64,000 nt of DNA, from contig CM097887.1 in assembly GCA_044892525.1 (NCBI GenBank), positions 16,554,001-16,618,000 of the forward strand. Direction: 5' to 3'. A program made the translations under genes and the position numbers. The DNA is from Schmidtea polychroa (Eukaryota). Every line of letters begins with the position of its first letter. The stretch's first letter is position 1. This document shows, one piece after another, positions 15,466-26,610 of this stretch. The notes beneath the pieces are model-generated. The model was not told where the DNA came from. It saw nothing but the letters and a program-made list of their open reading frames with translations, and did no database searches.

Positions 15466-16224
15466 TTAAAAGACCTCTCCGTCGGCGAACACTTCTTCAA
15501 TGTCCACTGGCAAGCTACGGTCCGCGAGGTACTTGATACCATCGGCCGGTACGACTCGAAATATTTCCTTGGCCGGAATCACATGGGAACTCGAAATCTC
15601 TTTGAGGGTGGACTGGGCCACTGATAACGAAGCTTCCAGTGCTGCCATCGCATCTCTGCGCTTTTGATTCTTGGCGGCCCTGGTTGGCCGTTTCCTTTTG
15701 CGAGAAGGCATTTGGTTATTCGCGATGGATGCGGCGGAGGGTGCCACCAACACTGGAGCCAAGATAGGGTCGGAAGAGCCACCTACTAAGGGCTGATAAC
15801 CGGATAATACCGGAGCTGGGATGGGCGGCAGATAAGAGCCATGCCCTTGACAACTCGATGCAGATGCTTGAGACGTCTGGTGGTGCAGTGGAAAAACATT
15901 AGTGCTGTCTAAGACGGGAAATTCCCGAACTCGTTTGGTCAATTCCGCCTCCGTATAGACCTTGTGGAGGGCTTCGGATTGCGCTTTAATTGTCAGCCGT
16001 TGACAACGGCTCTCCTCCAGCAGGCTGTCCCTGCAATGCTCCAACCGGAGGATTTTCTTTCGCTCCTCCTTCATCTGTGGCGGGGAGAACCACGTGCCCT
16101 CATAGAGGTCAATGCGCTTCTTTAAAGCCCCAATATATAGATGTAGTTGGGCAATATCCGCGTTCTTGTCTGCGCAAGAAAAACACGGACGAAGTTCTTT
16201 GGTCGGATTGGATTTTGAAGACAT
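15466..16224 (-). CDS. Hypothetical 252-aa protein inside the LTR-element internal region
   Basis: Long ORF in a locally GC-richer segment, with CxxC, a coiled-coil-like part, a Pro-rich linker and a basic NLS-like RKRKRP. No family recognised. Confidence 0.4.
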   Translation of the reverse strand: MSSKSNPTKELRPCFSCADKNADIAQLHLYIGALKKRIDLYEGTWFSPPQMKEERKKILRLEHCRDSLLEESRCQRLTIKAQSEALHKVYTEAELTKRVREFPVLDSTNVFPLHHQTSQASASSCQGHGSYLPPIPAPVLSGYQPLVGGSSDPILAPVLVAPSAASIANNQMPSRKRKRPTRAAKNQKRRDAMAALEASLSVAQSTLKEISSSHVIPAKEIFRVVPADGIKYLADRSLPVDIEEVFADGEVF

Positions 16225-18399
16225 CTAGAAATTCAGAAGATATGTAATAATCGATAAGTTTATTTACGCGATGTCTACAAATTCAAATATGAATGCAGTC
16301 ACACCGTCAATCATTCCACTCAGCAATATCTATAGCAGTGGTCAACATTCAACATCATTTCTATTATTAACAGTTTTATCTCAATGATTTCCAAATTCGG
16401 AAGACGCGTATTTTATTTCGAACCTAATATTATCATTATTCGTATTATTTTCATATTTACTAAATGTAATGAATTCGATCGACAAGGTAAAAGCTTAAAC
16501 TATCATTGTCCTAGGAAACGATGAGTATTATTTAACGCATTTTTTCCTTATAACGAAAAGGTTTTAGGAAACTTCGATATCGGTTAATTTTTATGCTGTA
16601 ATTATTTAAAATTTAATTTACATCGGAATATGAAGGTAGTCATGGGAATCCCTGACTCTATCTCTATGCCAACGGGTATCACGCTCTTGTGTATGCATGC
16701 GGGGATTTAATCTAGTTATGTGAGGAATGATTATAGTGTGTGCCTTGCCATAACTATTTTATGAATTTCTACTTCTGATTCTCCACTATGATATTACTCA
16801 GTCAGGCACATGTAGTCTGCGTGTGTGTATAAATGATGTCATGACTTATATTCTGCTCTGTCATTGACCGACTCGTAGGTGTGTATCGTTGGATTTATCA
16901 GCACTTAATATTATCAATGGAGTTTAGTCAAGAGAAAATTATACAATATGAATTGTAATGTCGATATTTTAATTTTGGAGATTATCTCTAAAATGATCGG
17001 TTGGACTCTAACTTCCTCATTATCGCTCGATAGGCCATATTTACCATAACTAGTCGTCGACGAATGGATTTATAAAGTGGTCGTTGCCTTCTAATCTATT
17101 AGCTGAGAGTTTTCAGAAACTTCCTTATCAATCTGTCACCATCTCTTTAAAGGAGAGTCAAATCGCAAGATAAATCGTACCAACTGGCTGTCATCGAGTT
17201 TTCGTCAGGACTGAAGTGAGTGTTTACATTGGTTATCGAGAAATTTTCATGTTTCGTCTAGTTGGACGGTTATCGATGATAAAGGCCTGACAAGATGGAT
17301 TGTCGCGTCTACTGCACCGAGGTAAAGTCGAGACGAAAGGTCTATCCGCTAACGTCTTAGCGATGTTCATCTTAAAAGAAATCTAAGTTCGGACAAAATC
17401 TCAGATGAATCCCGTGGATTTCTACAGGTAAATACTGCTCGCCATCGTTCATACATGCGATTTACCGATCATAACCGAGTGTAAATAAGAAATTTATGAA
17501 GAGACACTTAGTCGTTTCGTCAAAAATTCGAAATCTTGGAGACTTTCTGGGATTCTCGGTCGTTGGATTTTCTGCATCCCATCTGGGTTCTCAACAATTC
17601 GTAGAATATATTTTGTGAAAACGACCGATCATCACTCGGTGGACAATCCCCTCCGTGCAAAATAACTGTCATGCCTCGGATGTCCTCACCCCTCCTGACC
17701 CACCTAAGAGCGGCAATCATCGCTGCCACCGCCAGGAGGGACGATTCTATCTCCTCAATCATTACTCATAAATGTTCATAAAATTATTATAAAGTTGAAT
17801 GATATAATTAAATAAATGGATATATTCGTGGTGAAATTATTTATTATATGAAAAATTACTTGTCTGGCGACCACGCCGTCTGAGTCTCGAATATGATGCC
17901 GTTCCATGATAATCGCAAGCGTTTAACCATTTCAATTTGCTGCAATACTGACTTTATCCAGATTCTCAATATCACTTCTAATAGCCATTCTCGTAACCGC
18001 TTCTACAGATTTATTTGAATTTCCCGCATCATATTGGATTCCCAGACGACATCGTCGCCAGCACCATAGAGAGAGAAATACCTTTGGAAATTCAAAAATG
18101 TTTATTAAAATTAAAATATTTCAACCATTTATACTTATACACGACAATCATAAAAATTCATTCATCTTACTATAAATTCGTTGAAAATCGGGTTCAAGTT
18201 TTCCTGTTAAATGGTACCTTCTCCTTATGAAATTCAAATCTCGGTCGGAAATAGTCTGTTGCTAAATGTAGATCCTGTGAAAGTTGACTCCTGTGATATT
18301 CGATGTTCGGTATAGTTTCGAATTGAGTGTCTGCAAAAATGGTTCCTGTAGAGTAACGATTAAAAGTGGTCGTGACAATAAAAAATTTTACCTGTAGAG

Positions 18400-18965
18400 T
18401 AACGATTAAAAGTGGTACTCTACAGATTTTTCTCTTTCGTTATATATTATTCTTCGTCCAATCAGGACTCAACTTGTGTGTAATATTATTATTTATTATT
18501 GTTTTTATGTTTTTTAATGTATTATACTAGGTTTTTATGACTTCTTTTATTTTTTTTTATTGTTTTATTTATTTTCTTATTTTTTATTATTTTCTCTCCT
18601 GTTTTTCCCTGCGAGTTTATGGCTATTTGGTAATAATGTAATTTTTTGTTTTAATTATTCTAATCGTTTATTTGGAATTGGTTTTATTTCTGTTTATTTC
18701 CTGATTTGCTTGTTTGTTTTCCTTAAATTCTGTTATTTTATTTTCTTTCATTGATACGTATGTTGGGTAGTTTTCCTTTTCTATCTTATTTTCCGTCTCG
18801 CAAATTTTATTATTTTATTAGTTATTTTTATTTCCTTTATATTCTTATTTCTGTTATTGTTTTCTAATTTAGTTATTCTTGTATTTCTCGTGATTTTTAT
18901 GAAATTTATTTTATCCTGTTTATTTATCCCTAACCCGACTTTCAACACTCTCGAAGCTTGGCCCA
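18400..18965 (-). mobile_element. Possible LTR-like end of another retroelement
   Basis: Minus strand begins TGTTGGGCCAAGC at 18965 followed by a purine-rich body. No partner identified. Confidence 0.25.
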
Positions 18966-19021
18966 ACAATAATAATAATATAAATAATAATAATAATAAT
19001 AAGAATAATAATAATCATAAT

Positions 19022-19400
19022 AGTAGGTAGTTATGTGCACTCTAGATCCATGTGCACTCTAGATCCAGATACCCCCCCTATTTTTTTTTAAAATTTTTTT
19101 TTAAAAGACCCCCCCCCATAATTTTTTTTAAAAGACCCCCCCATAATTTTTTTTAATTTAAATTTTTGTTTTAATCATCGATTACGTAATAATTTTATTT
19201 TTTGTTTTAATCATCGATTACGTAATAAGTCAAAATTTAAATCTAGATCCAGATACCCCCCCCTATTTTTTAAAATTTTTTAAAAGACCCCCCCCCATAA
19301 TTTTTTTTTTAATTTAAATTTTTGTTTTAATTATCGATTACGTAATAATTTTATTTTTTTTGTTTTTATAATCGATTACGTAATAAGTCAAAAAAAAGAG
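19022..19400 (+). repeat. Polinton TIR, the true left end, preceded by TSD CATAAT (19016-19021), with internal unit duplications
   Basis: AGTAGGTAGTT-(ATGTGCACTCTAGATCC)x2-C-runs-ATCGATTACGTAAT repeats. CATAAT recurs as a direct repeat after the right end at 47492-47497. Confidence 0.85.
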
Positions 19401-19447
19401 CAGAAACAAATATAGTTCATGCCAATCGATGTAAGAAAGTATCTGAA

Positions 19448-20731
19448 ATGGAGTATCAATTACGATCAAAACAAAAGAAACTTAATGACGAAACAATTAT
19501 TCAACAAAAATTTCAAAAAAACCCTACGCCATTGGGATATATGAACAAAGTTTTATTTATAACTACAGTCTTAATAAATATCATAGCAAATGCGAGTGGA
19601 ATAACAATGAACCTACCATATGCAGTAGAAAAAGTACCCTTATTGGATAAAATTGAGATATATTCAACGTTTACTAGTATTGTGTGGACATATCATTTTG
19701 AAATAATAGAACAAATAGAAGTTAGTAATTTATTGAACCCTTTCGAACCATCTGTTACGTTGAATTATGAGAAAAGCATATATGTAGCTCGTCGATTGAC
19801 AGCAAATTACAAATATCCTTGGACCATTAAACAATATACGTATCAAATAAATTCTACTCAAAATATTTATAACCTTATACAAATTAACATTTGGACAAAT
19901 GAATGGAGAAATTTAGTTGAAATTGAACCGATGATGAATGAAATTCACGTATATTGGAAAGCGGAAGAGCAACAGAAAGTCAGAATTGTTTTTCAAAACA
20001 TTACGATTGAAACATTAAATAAAAGAAAATCTTTTGTTAAATACAAAAATTTACAAGAAAATCTCACATACAGTCTTTCAATACATTATTACGAGAAACT
20101 CATTCATGAAAATGGGACGTATATGAATAATCAATGGATAGAAGTTCAGAGTCAATATGAAGCAGTATACTTGGTTAACGAAACTAATCGAGTTCAAATA
20201 AAAATTGAGAACAATGAAGTAATTGTGTCACGCCAACCAGGCCTCAAACAAAGGGTAAATAATTTTGTAAATAATAAAATTCAGGTGGTGTTAGACGAAT
20301 ACCAACAAAGAGCAATGTTGAGCACCTTGAACTCAGTATCTAAACCGAAACCAAGAAATTTCATGATCAAAATTCAATATTGCAAGCAAAAAGCGAACTC
20401 AGATCAATGGCAAGTCACTTTCATTGAAAATAGACATATTCATCTTCCATATACTCAACTCTCTAGAGAAATAACAAATGATCATAATCTAACATTACGC
20501 ATAAAATTCTCATGGACAAAAAACGGAAGCTCTTCATTAGACTGTAAAGAAAACTCATCTAGTAACAATTATGTTGAATTACTCTTCATATGTGTTATTG
20601 TGACAATACCAAGCAGCATCCTACTCATCTATATCATCATCAAGTTGAAAACAAAAGAAAAGAACAATCATGTTCATCAATCGCGATATTCAAAACCACA
20701 GACAATGATGTGGTTAGAAACATTTGTTTAG
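19448..20731 (+). CDS. FN3-like type I membrane glycoprotein of the Gypsy element (copy 1, 5' joined to TIR)
   Basis: Near-identical to the C-terminal 427 aa of 31351-32961: signal peptide from 19541, FN3-like modules, TM, ETFV end. Confidence 0.7.
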   Translation: MEYQLRSKQKKLNDETIIQQKFQKNPTPLGYMNKVLFITTVLINIIANASGITMNLPYAVEKVPLLDKIEIYSTFTSIVWTYHFEIIEQIEVSNLLNPFEPSVTLNYEKSIYVARRLTANYKYPWTIKQYTYQINSTQNIYNLIQINIWTNEWRNLVEIEPMMNEIHVYWKAEEQQKVRIVFQNITIETLNKRKSFVKYKNLQENLTYSLSIHYYEKLIHENGTYMNNQWIEVQSQYEAVYLVNETNRVQIKIENNEVIVSRQPGLKQRVNNFVNNKIQVVLDEYQQRAMLSTLNSVSKPKPRNFMIKIQYCKQKANSDQWQVTFIENRHIHLPYTQLSREITNDHNLTLRIKFSWTKNGSSSLDCKENSSSNNYVELLFICVIVTIPSSILLIYIIIKLKTKEKNNHVHQSRYSKPQTMMWLETFV

Positions 20732-20915
20732 TAATATGTTATTATTGCATGTTATTGACCTAACATTTATTTCATACTCCTTCAGTGATCATTGCTTTAT
20801 TTAAACAAATAATTGTATAATATTTAATAATTCTAATGAATTTATGGATCATGTAATTTGATTGGGTAAATAATCACACACCGTCACGAAAAATATTTGG
20901 GGATAAAAGTGAAAA

Positions 20916-21416
20916 TTGTTCAAATGCTTTGACGACAAAAAAAATTTTGAGAAAAAAAAATTTTTTACAAAAGAAAATTCAAATTACCAAATGGAAGAAA
21001 TTAAGAGAAGCACGAAGCTTTATGAAAACTATGACAGAGAAAGAAGAAGTCGAACAGAGAAGAGCATAGTAGTAGAAGAAAATTTAAAAATACCGAATTG
21101 GGCTAGAATAGGGAATGAAGAGATGAGGCTATGCCTTTTTGAGTTAGAAAGAAAATCAAACATAAAATTGGCAGAGCTATTAGTAAGGAAAAACGAAGAG
21201 CAATGGCAAATCAACTTAGTTAGAGGAACGATAGAAATTGTGGAGAATGATGGATCTAAAACAGTACCGGAAAAATCTTCGTGGCAAATTATGAAAGAAG
21301 TGTGGCACAAAAAATTAAGAGCGGCAAACGGAATTGCGTGGATGGCATTGGAATGTCGAATAAAAACAATTAAAGAATTTTGTCAAGGGAAGAAGAAAGC
21401 GAGTTGCTCCCAATAA
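20916..21416 (+). pseudogene. Degraded LTR-retrotransposon pol fragment (pre-integrase/H2C2-like), copy 1
   Basis: VPEKSSWQIMKEVWH...W...IKTIKEFC loosely resembles VP..lr.eil.e.H...WP.m..di..yv..C. Confidence 0.35.
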
Positions 21417-21625
21417 CAAGAGATATGCTGAAGTTAAAAAAATTATTTATCAGAAGGAAAATATCCAATGAGGAGATCAGAAGAAACATCATANNNNNNN
21501 NNNNNNNNNNNNNNNNNNNNNNNNNNNNNNNNNNNNNNNNNNNNNNNNNNNNNNNNNNNNNNNNNNNNNNNNNNNNNNNNNNNNNNNNNNNNNNNNNNNN
21601 NNNNNNNNNNNNNNNNNNNNNNNAT

Positions 21626-21965
21626 ACTGATGAATTTCAAAATAATAACCTGTTTCCAATTGAAAATAACTAATGAGTATCGCTGTAAAACTTTTACAAA
21701 TTGGTGCTATTAATATATTTGTTTCATTTACCGAATAAGGCATTTTATTTTTAATAACAGAATAACCAAAAGATTTCCGATAAATAATTTTATCCCTTTT
21801 CACCACCGATATTCCTAATCCTTGAATATTGTAACATGATATGGCTTTTCTTAACAATTTATCAACCTTTTCCGCGTGGCTCCATTGATCGGTTTGTGAG
21901 AAAACAGTCAAGGGAATTCGACAAATTAACATGAGAATAATTAAAACATTCGTTATAGTTATCAT
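21626..21965 (-). CDS. First exon of secreted beta-lactamase/serine-hydrolase-fold protein, copy 1
   Basis: Signal peptide, GLGISVVKRDKIIYRKSFG and IAPICKSFTA (SxxK position); runs into an N gap. Confidence 0.65.
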
Positions 21966-22761
21966 TGAAATTAAAAAATACTTTTCCTTGTCAAGTTGAA
22001 GCGCAGCTGGAGAAGTATTTTATAATTTATCATTTGTCATATTTTCTGTCCCTGACGAGTATTAAAATCCAATCATTCCGCATGTGTTCAGAGTGGTAGC
22101 CAATCAGAAAACAGTAAGAATAAATTTATAGTAATTATTTTTATATACACATACATATGCATACACACAGACAAACTGATGGAGAGTCAGAGAAAGAAAG
22201 AAAGAATTTAATGGCAACACACCAACACGAAACGAATGGTGCACAATAATCATTTGTTTGCATGTGTGTGTGTGCAAATGTTTCTCCGTGTCTGCGTGTA
22301 AGCCTGTGAAATTTAGTTAAAAACTCTTCTGTATGTCCATTCGATAATTTCAAATTCTCTTCTCTTTCTCGATATGAAATATAATTTCTTTGTTTGTTTT
22401 TCTGCCCCGTCTAATCGATTGAATCAAAAGCACATAAGTGATAATATAAAAAAATAAAGAGGCACTAAGTGACAAATATCGGAATTTAAANNNNNNNNNN
22501 NNNNNNNNNNNNNNNNNNNNNNNNNNNNNNNNNNNNNNNNNNNNNNNNNNNNNNNNNNNNNNNNNNNNNNNNNNNNNNNNNNNNNNNNNNNNNNNNNNNN
22601 NNNNNNNNNNNNNNNNNNNNNNNNNNNNNNNNNNNNNNNNNNNNNNTAATATTATTATCCGAATAAAAATAAAAAAATAAAATATATATAAATAAATTAA
22701 AATTATTATTATTATTATTAATTTTATTATTATTATTATCATTAGTATTATTATTATTATG

Positions 22762-22925
22762 AGTAGGTAGTTATGTGCACTCTAGATCCATGTGCACTCT
22801 AGATCCAGATACCCCCCTATTTTTTTTTAAATTTTTTTTTTAAAATACCCCCCCCCCCATAATTTTTTTTTAATTTAAATTTTTGTTTTAATTATCGATT
22901 ACGTAATAATTTTATTTTTTTATCG
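22762..22925 (+). repeat. Polinton TIR (right-end version with inverted host flank), joined to the PolB-side interior
   Basis: Same TIR, preceded by attatg (reverse complement of the TSD). Confidence 0.85.
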
Positions 22926-23351
22926 TCGATTACGTAATAAATCAAAATATTTTAAAACGTCGATTACGTCATTGATTTTAATTTTTTATAAGAACATTTT
23001 ATGTCATTATACTTGAAATTTAATTCTCTGTTAAATGAGACTATGATGTAATCGAAATTCTGAAATTTCATTTTTAGTACACGATTTTTAAATTTACACA
23101 TCTTTTTAAACAAATTGAGATATTTTCACTCAAACAATATATAGATAGAATTTTAATCTCTATAAAATGACATCAATATTTACTTCAAATTCATAATCAT
23201 AACACCTTAAACAATGCATATTTCAGCCAACTTTTACATACACACATATTTTCAACTTTTAAAAAATACAAATTATTCATCTATACTTAACTCATAGTAA
23301 ATAATTATATTAAAAGACATATTAAAAGATGTATTTAAAACTAAACATTTA

Positions 23352-23825
23352 TTAAAATCCCAGAGAAATTCGAGCACTATCTAATTTCCAAATCGGTGAT
23401 ATGACATCTTTCTCATCCATTTTATATCCCTGTATTGAAATATTTACAAACCAGCTTTCCCCATCTTTATATTCAATTTCTTCAAAGGCATCATGAAAAC
23501 GAGAATTTCGATTGTTGATGATTATATTTCCATTGCAACTTAGATTCTTATTGATTTTCCCCAACACTTTATTTACTGCAACAACATCTTCTTTTGTTAT
23601 ATGAGCAATGAAACTTGAATATTGCGACTTGATCAATTTGACTGCATTTGAGAATTTATATGGAATTTCGTCTACCAAGAAATATATCTTATGGTTATGA
23701 TACATTTGTACTGGTTTCACATCATTCTTGGCATGCTTCGTCTCAGTTATTTTCTTAATTGGGCTTGTTTCTTTCAATAAATTAGAAAATGTTTTCTCAC
23801 CAAAAACGTTCTTCTTGGATTGCAT
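23352..23825 (-). CDS. Polinton 157-aa ORF, possible OB-fold ssDNA-binding protein (copy 1)
   Basis: Intact in four copies next to the TIR. The beta-rich C-terminus WFVNISIQGYK...SPIWKLD is reminiscent of viral SSBs (inference). Confidence 0.6.
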   Translation of the reverse strand: MQSKKNVFGEKTFSNLLKETSPIKKITETKHAKNDVKPVQMYHNHKIYFLVDEIPYKFSNAVKLIKSQYSSFIAHITKEDVVAVNKVLGKINKNLSCNGNIIINNRNSRFHDAFEEIEYKDGESWFVNISIQGYKMDEKDVISPIWKLDSARISLGF

Positions 23826-24180
23826 TTTTTAAAAATAATGACTATGATGTCATTTTATCTCTCTTTTATACTTGTGTATAACCAATCAAATTAATGCATT
23901 TGTATTGCAAACAACATGCATGTGTCATTGACCTTCGTGTGTGACCTTTGTATGTGACCTTTACCTTTGTGACCTTTGATTGTGAGTCATACATGGTTTG
24001 CATATGTATTGCAGATGTATTGTAAATTAGTTAATTAAAACGTGAACTAATTAGTGTGATATTAAAAATATTATACTAATACATGTAACATAAAAATACT
24101 ATAACAACATAAAAATAGTGTACTATCACAAGTAACAATATAAAATTAGAAAACACTGTATTATAATAACTAAACATTTA

Positions 24181-24522
24181 TTAGTGATCAACAATCAATG
24201 AAAAGTGAGCTTTTTTCAACTCTTTTCTTAATATCCATATATTATACTTCTTCTCTCTATCAATACATCCTTCGCATTTGTATGGGCATACTGATGGCTT
24301 GCTGCTGTCAACAGGGTCAAGATCGTCTTCTAACGTCCTCAAGTGATCAAACAAGACCACATTCAAATCTATTCCGGTAGACATCCATATTCTGAATGGA
24401 ATAATCTCTGGTGCCCAATAGATTAGATCCTTTAAAATATTCGGATATAATTCCCCCATTTTCCCAATCAGAATCTGTGTCATTTTTTCTAAAACAATTA
24501 AAATTATAAATATAAAAAGCAA
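24181..24522 (-). CDS. Hypothetical Cys-containing ORF unique to one Polinton variant
   Basis: Occupies the slot where the other copies have the PolB 3' end; contains CPYKCEGC; 5' end cut by a rearrangement junction, so the frame is uncertain. Confidence 0.35.
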   Translation of the reverse strand: MLFIFIILIVLEKMTQILIGKMGELYPNILKDLIYWAPEIIPFRIWMSTGIDLNVVLFDHLRTLEDDLDPVDSSKPSVCPYKCEGCIDREKKYNIWILRKELKKAHFSLIVDH

Positions 24523-25106
24523 TAATCAAAATTTCAAATTCTCTTCTCTTTCTCGATATGAAATATAATTTCTTTGTTTGTTTTTCTGCCCCGTCTAATC
24601 GATTGAATCAAAAGCACATAAGTGATAATATAAAAAAATAAAGAGGCACTAAGTGACAAATATCGGAATTTAAANNNNNNNNNNNNNNNNNNNNNNNNNN
24701 NNNNNNNNNNNNNNNNNNNNNNNNNNNNNNNNNNNNNNNNNNNNNNNNNNNNNNNNNNNNNNNNNNNNNNNNNNNNNNNNNNNNNNNNNNNNNNNNNNNN
24801 NNNNNNNNNNNNNNNNNNNNNNNNNNNNNNNNNNNNNNNTAATATTATTATCCGAATAAAAATAAAAAAATAAAATATATATAAATAAATTAAAATTATT
24901 ATTATTATTATTAATTTTATTATTATTATTATTATCATTAGTATTATTATTATTATGAGTAGGTAGTTATGTGCACTCTAGATCCATGTGCACTCTAGAT
25001 CCAGATACCCCCCTATTTTTTTTTAAATTTTTTTTTTAAAATACCCCCCCCCCATAATTTTTTTTTAATTTAAATTTTTGTTTTAATTATCGATTACGTA
25101 ATAATT

Positions 25107-25256
25107 TTATTTTTTAATCATTATTCGACATTTACCTGACTTGAAAAATATTATTGAATGTTTACCGCTTCTGTCAACAATTTGTTGTGGTTTACCTTTT
25201 GGAAATTCCATATGAGATACATCAAATCTACCTTTATAATTTATATTACTAATCAT
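25107..25256 (-). pseudogene. Truncated TBP-like ORF (49 aa), copy
   Basis: Mirror of 47193-47342. Confidence 0.45.
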
Positions 25257-25341
25257 ATTTTTTCAAATAATTTTTCATCAAGTAAACTGATGAATTAAAA
25301 CAATTATAAACAATATTAATATATATAACTAATTTTTTAAA

Positions 25342-25965
25342 ATGGAATTAAGAAATGATGCTGTTTATCAAATTGTAGGTCCAAGCGGTAGCGGTAAAAC
25401 TTTATTTGTTTGTAAATTATTACAATCAAAAATGTTCAAGTCAAAATTCAATAAAATATATTGGCATAGGGGTGCTGATGACGAACATGGTTTGACGCAA
25501 GAACAATTCTGTAAATTAAAAATGACAATAATAAAAGGATTTGATAAAAACTGGTCATCTAGATTACAACAAGGTGATGTAATTATTATTGATGATTTAT
25601 ATCAAGAAGCTAACAAAGAAAAAGATTTTAATAATTTATTTACAAAAATATCTCGACATCAAGGTGTAACAGTTATTTTTATAAAACAAAATCTGTTTCA
25701 TCAGGGTGGGAGTCATCGAACTCGGAACTTGAATGTTCAATATCTCATTATTTTCAAAAATCCGAGGGATGCAACTGTTATTGATTTCATTGCAAGACAA
25801 GCATATCCAAACAATCGTAACTTTCTAATTGAATCATTTCAAGATGCAACCAAAATACCCCATGGATATTTATTCTTTGATTTTACTCAGCAATGCATGG
25901 ATGATGTACGTATTAGGACAGATATTTTTAATAAAGAAGGTGTAACAGTTTATAAACAAAATTAA
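25342..25965 (+). CDS. A32/FtsK-like genome-packaging ATPase
   Basis: Walker A GPSGSGKT, Walker B VIIIDDL, SRHQGVTVIF..QNLF, RNLNVQYLIIFKNPRD. Confidence 0.92.
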   Translation: MELRNDAVYQIVGPSGSGKTLFVCKLLQSKMFKSKFNKIYWHRGADDEHGLTQEQFCKLKMTIIKGFDKNWSSRLQQGDVIIIDDLYQEANKEKDFNNLFTKISRHQGVTVIFIKQNLFHQGGSHRTRNLNVQYLIIFKNPRDATVIDFIARQAYPNNRNFLIESFQDATKIPHGYLFFDFTQQCMDDVRIRTDIFNKEGVTVYKQN

Positions 25966-25970
25966 ATTAA

Positions 25971-26147
25971 ATGGGGTTCAAGAAAGTTTTAATTAAACAT
26001 GATAATCAATTAGTCAAAGTGAATAATATCAAGAAACGTGTAAAGAAACATGTAAAGAAATCTATAAAAAAGATAGTAAAGAAATCTGTAAAGAAAACGT
26101 TGAAGAAAAGATCAATCAAAACACCTAAAAAATGGATTAAATTATAA
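25971..26147 (+). CDS. 58-aa highly basic KKx[VIL]-repeat protein, putative DNA-condensing core protein
   Basis: Hand translation: MGFKKVLIKHDNQLVKVNNIKKRVKKHVKKSIKKIVKKSVKKTLKKRSIKTPKKWIKL*; 22 Lys + 2 Arg; ATG 5 nt after the ATPase stop. Confidence 0.65.
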   Translation: MGFKKVLIKHDNQLVKVNNIKKRVKKHVKKSIKKIVKKSVKKTLKKRSIKTPKKWIKL

Positions 26148-26180
26148 ACAAAGTTAAACGATAAAAAATAAATTTCAATA

Positions 26181-26512
26181 ATGAAATTACAACGTAGTAT
26201 ACCATATTTTAATACATTGATAAAAGCACCACTCATGAAAAGAACAAGTATTTTACAGTCATTCCCACAATTTGTGGTGGACGATTTGCTTGAAATTATT
26301 GTTAATGTTGTGCGTGGCAATGTTGACATTAGTAAAGCGAAAAAACTGTATTGCAAAACCATAAAAAATCACTTTTATCGTTAGTAAATACAAAAAATAA
26401 ACGTATAATGCGAAAAATTATATACAAACAGAAAGGGGGGTTTATATCAGCTTTGATACCAATCGCATTATCTTTATTAGGTGGATCTGGTTTATTAGGT
26501 GAGCCTTTATAA
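26181..26512 (+). pseudogene. Conserved Polinton ~110-aa virion protein with C-terminal QKGG + amphipathic peptide (1-nt frameshift near 26345)
   Basis: A second frame continues VLQNHKKSLLSLVNTKNKRIMRKIIYKQKGGFISALIPIALSLLGGSGLLGEPL*, typical of the Polinton QxGGF-LxxL gene. Confidence 0.7.
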
Positions 26513-26610
26513 ACGTTGAATTATTTTAATATCATCATCATAAACAATGGGTCAACTACCTATGGGGCATTTACCAAACCTTATTCTAAATTTTAAATCA
26601 TCGTGTTGTA

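Noticed and set aside
19022-19400. TIR subrepeats or 11.7-11.9 kb repeats as a CRISPR-like array
   Set aside because: There are no constant repeats with unique equal-length spacers and no cas genes, and the DNA is eukaryotic.
21494-21625. N runs recurring at equivalent positions in each duplicate
   Set aside because: Their content is unknown (gap or masking), so no biological claim is possible; noted only as an assembly caveat.
21489-21965. Beta-lactamase as an antibiotic-resistance gene or bacterial contamination
   Set aside because: The context is eukaryotic (signal peptide, likely intron donor, transposon surroundings) and the catalytic Ser is absent.
22350-22742. Poly-Ile/X ORFs (also 24534, 34594, 47511, 52743, 10833, 10978, 14722, 14825)
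   Set aside because: They are translations of (AAT)n microsatellites and N gaps, not genes.
26006-26362. Phe/Thr-rich minus-strand ORF (and its mirror 46087-46443)
   Set aside because: It is the antisense shadow of the Lys-rich 58-aa ORF and the 110-aa gene.
26547-26610. ORF-track N-terminus of the integrase (MGQLPMG...)
   Set aside because: It is a frameshift artefact; the conserved Polinton integrase start (MEKIWTNPKDPAGFSG) is at 26611 in another frame.
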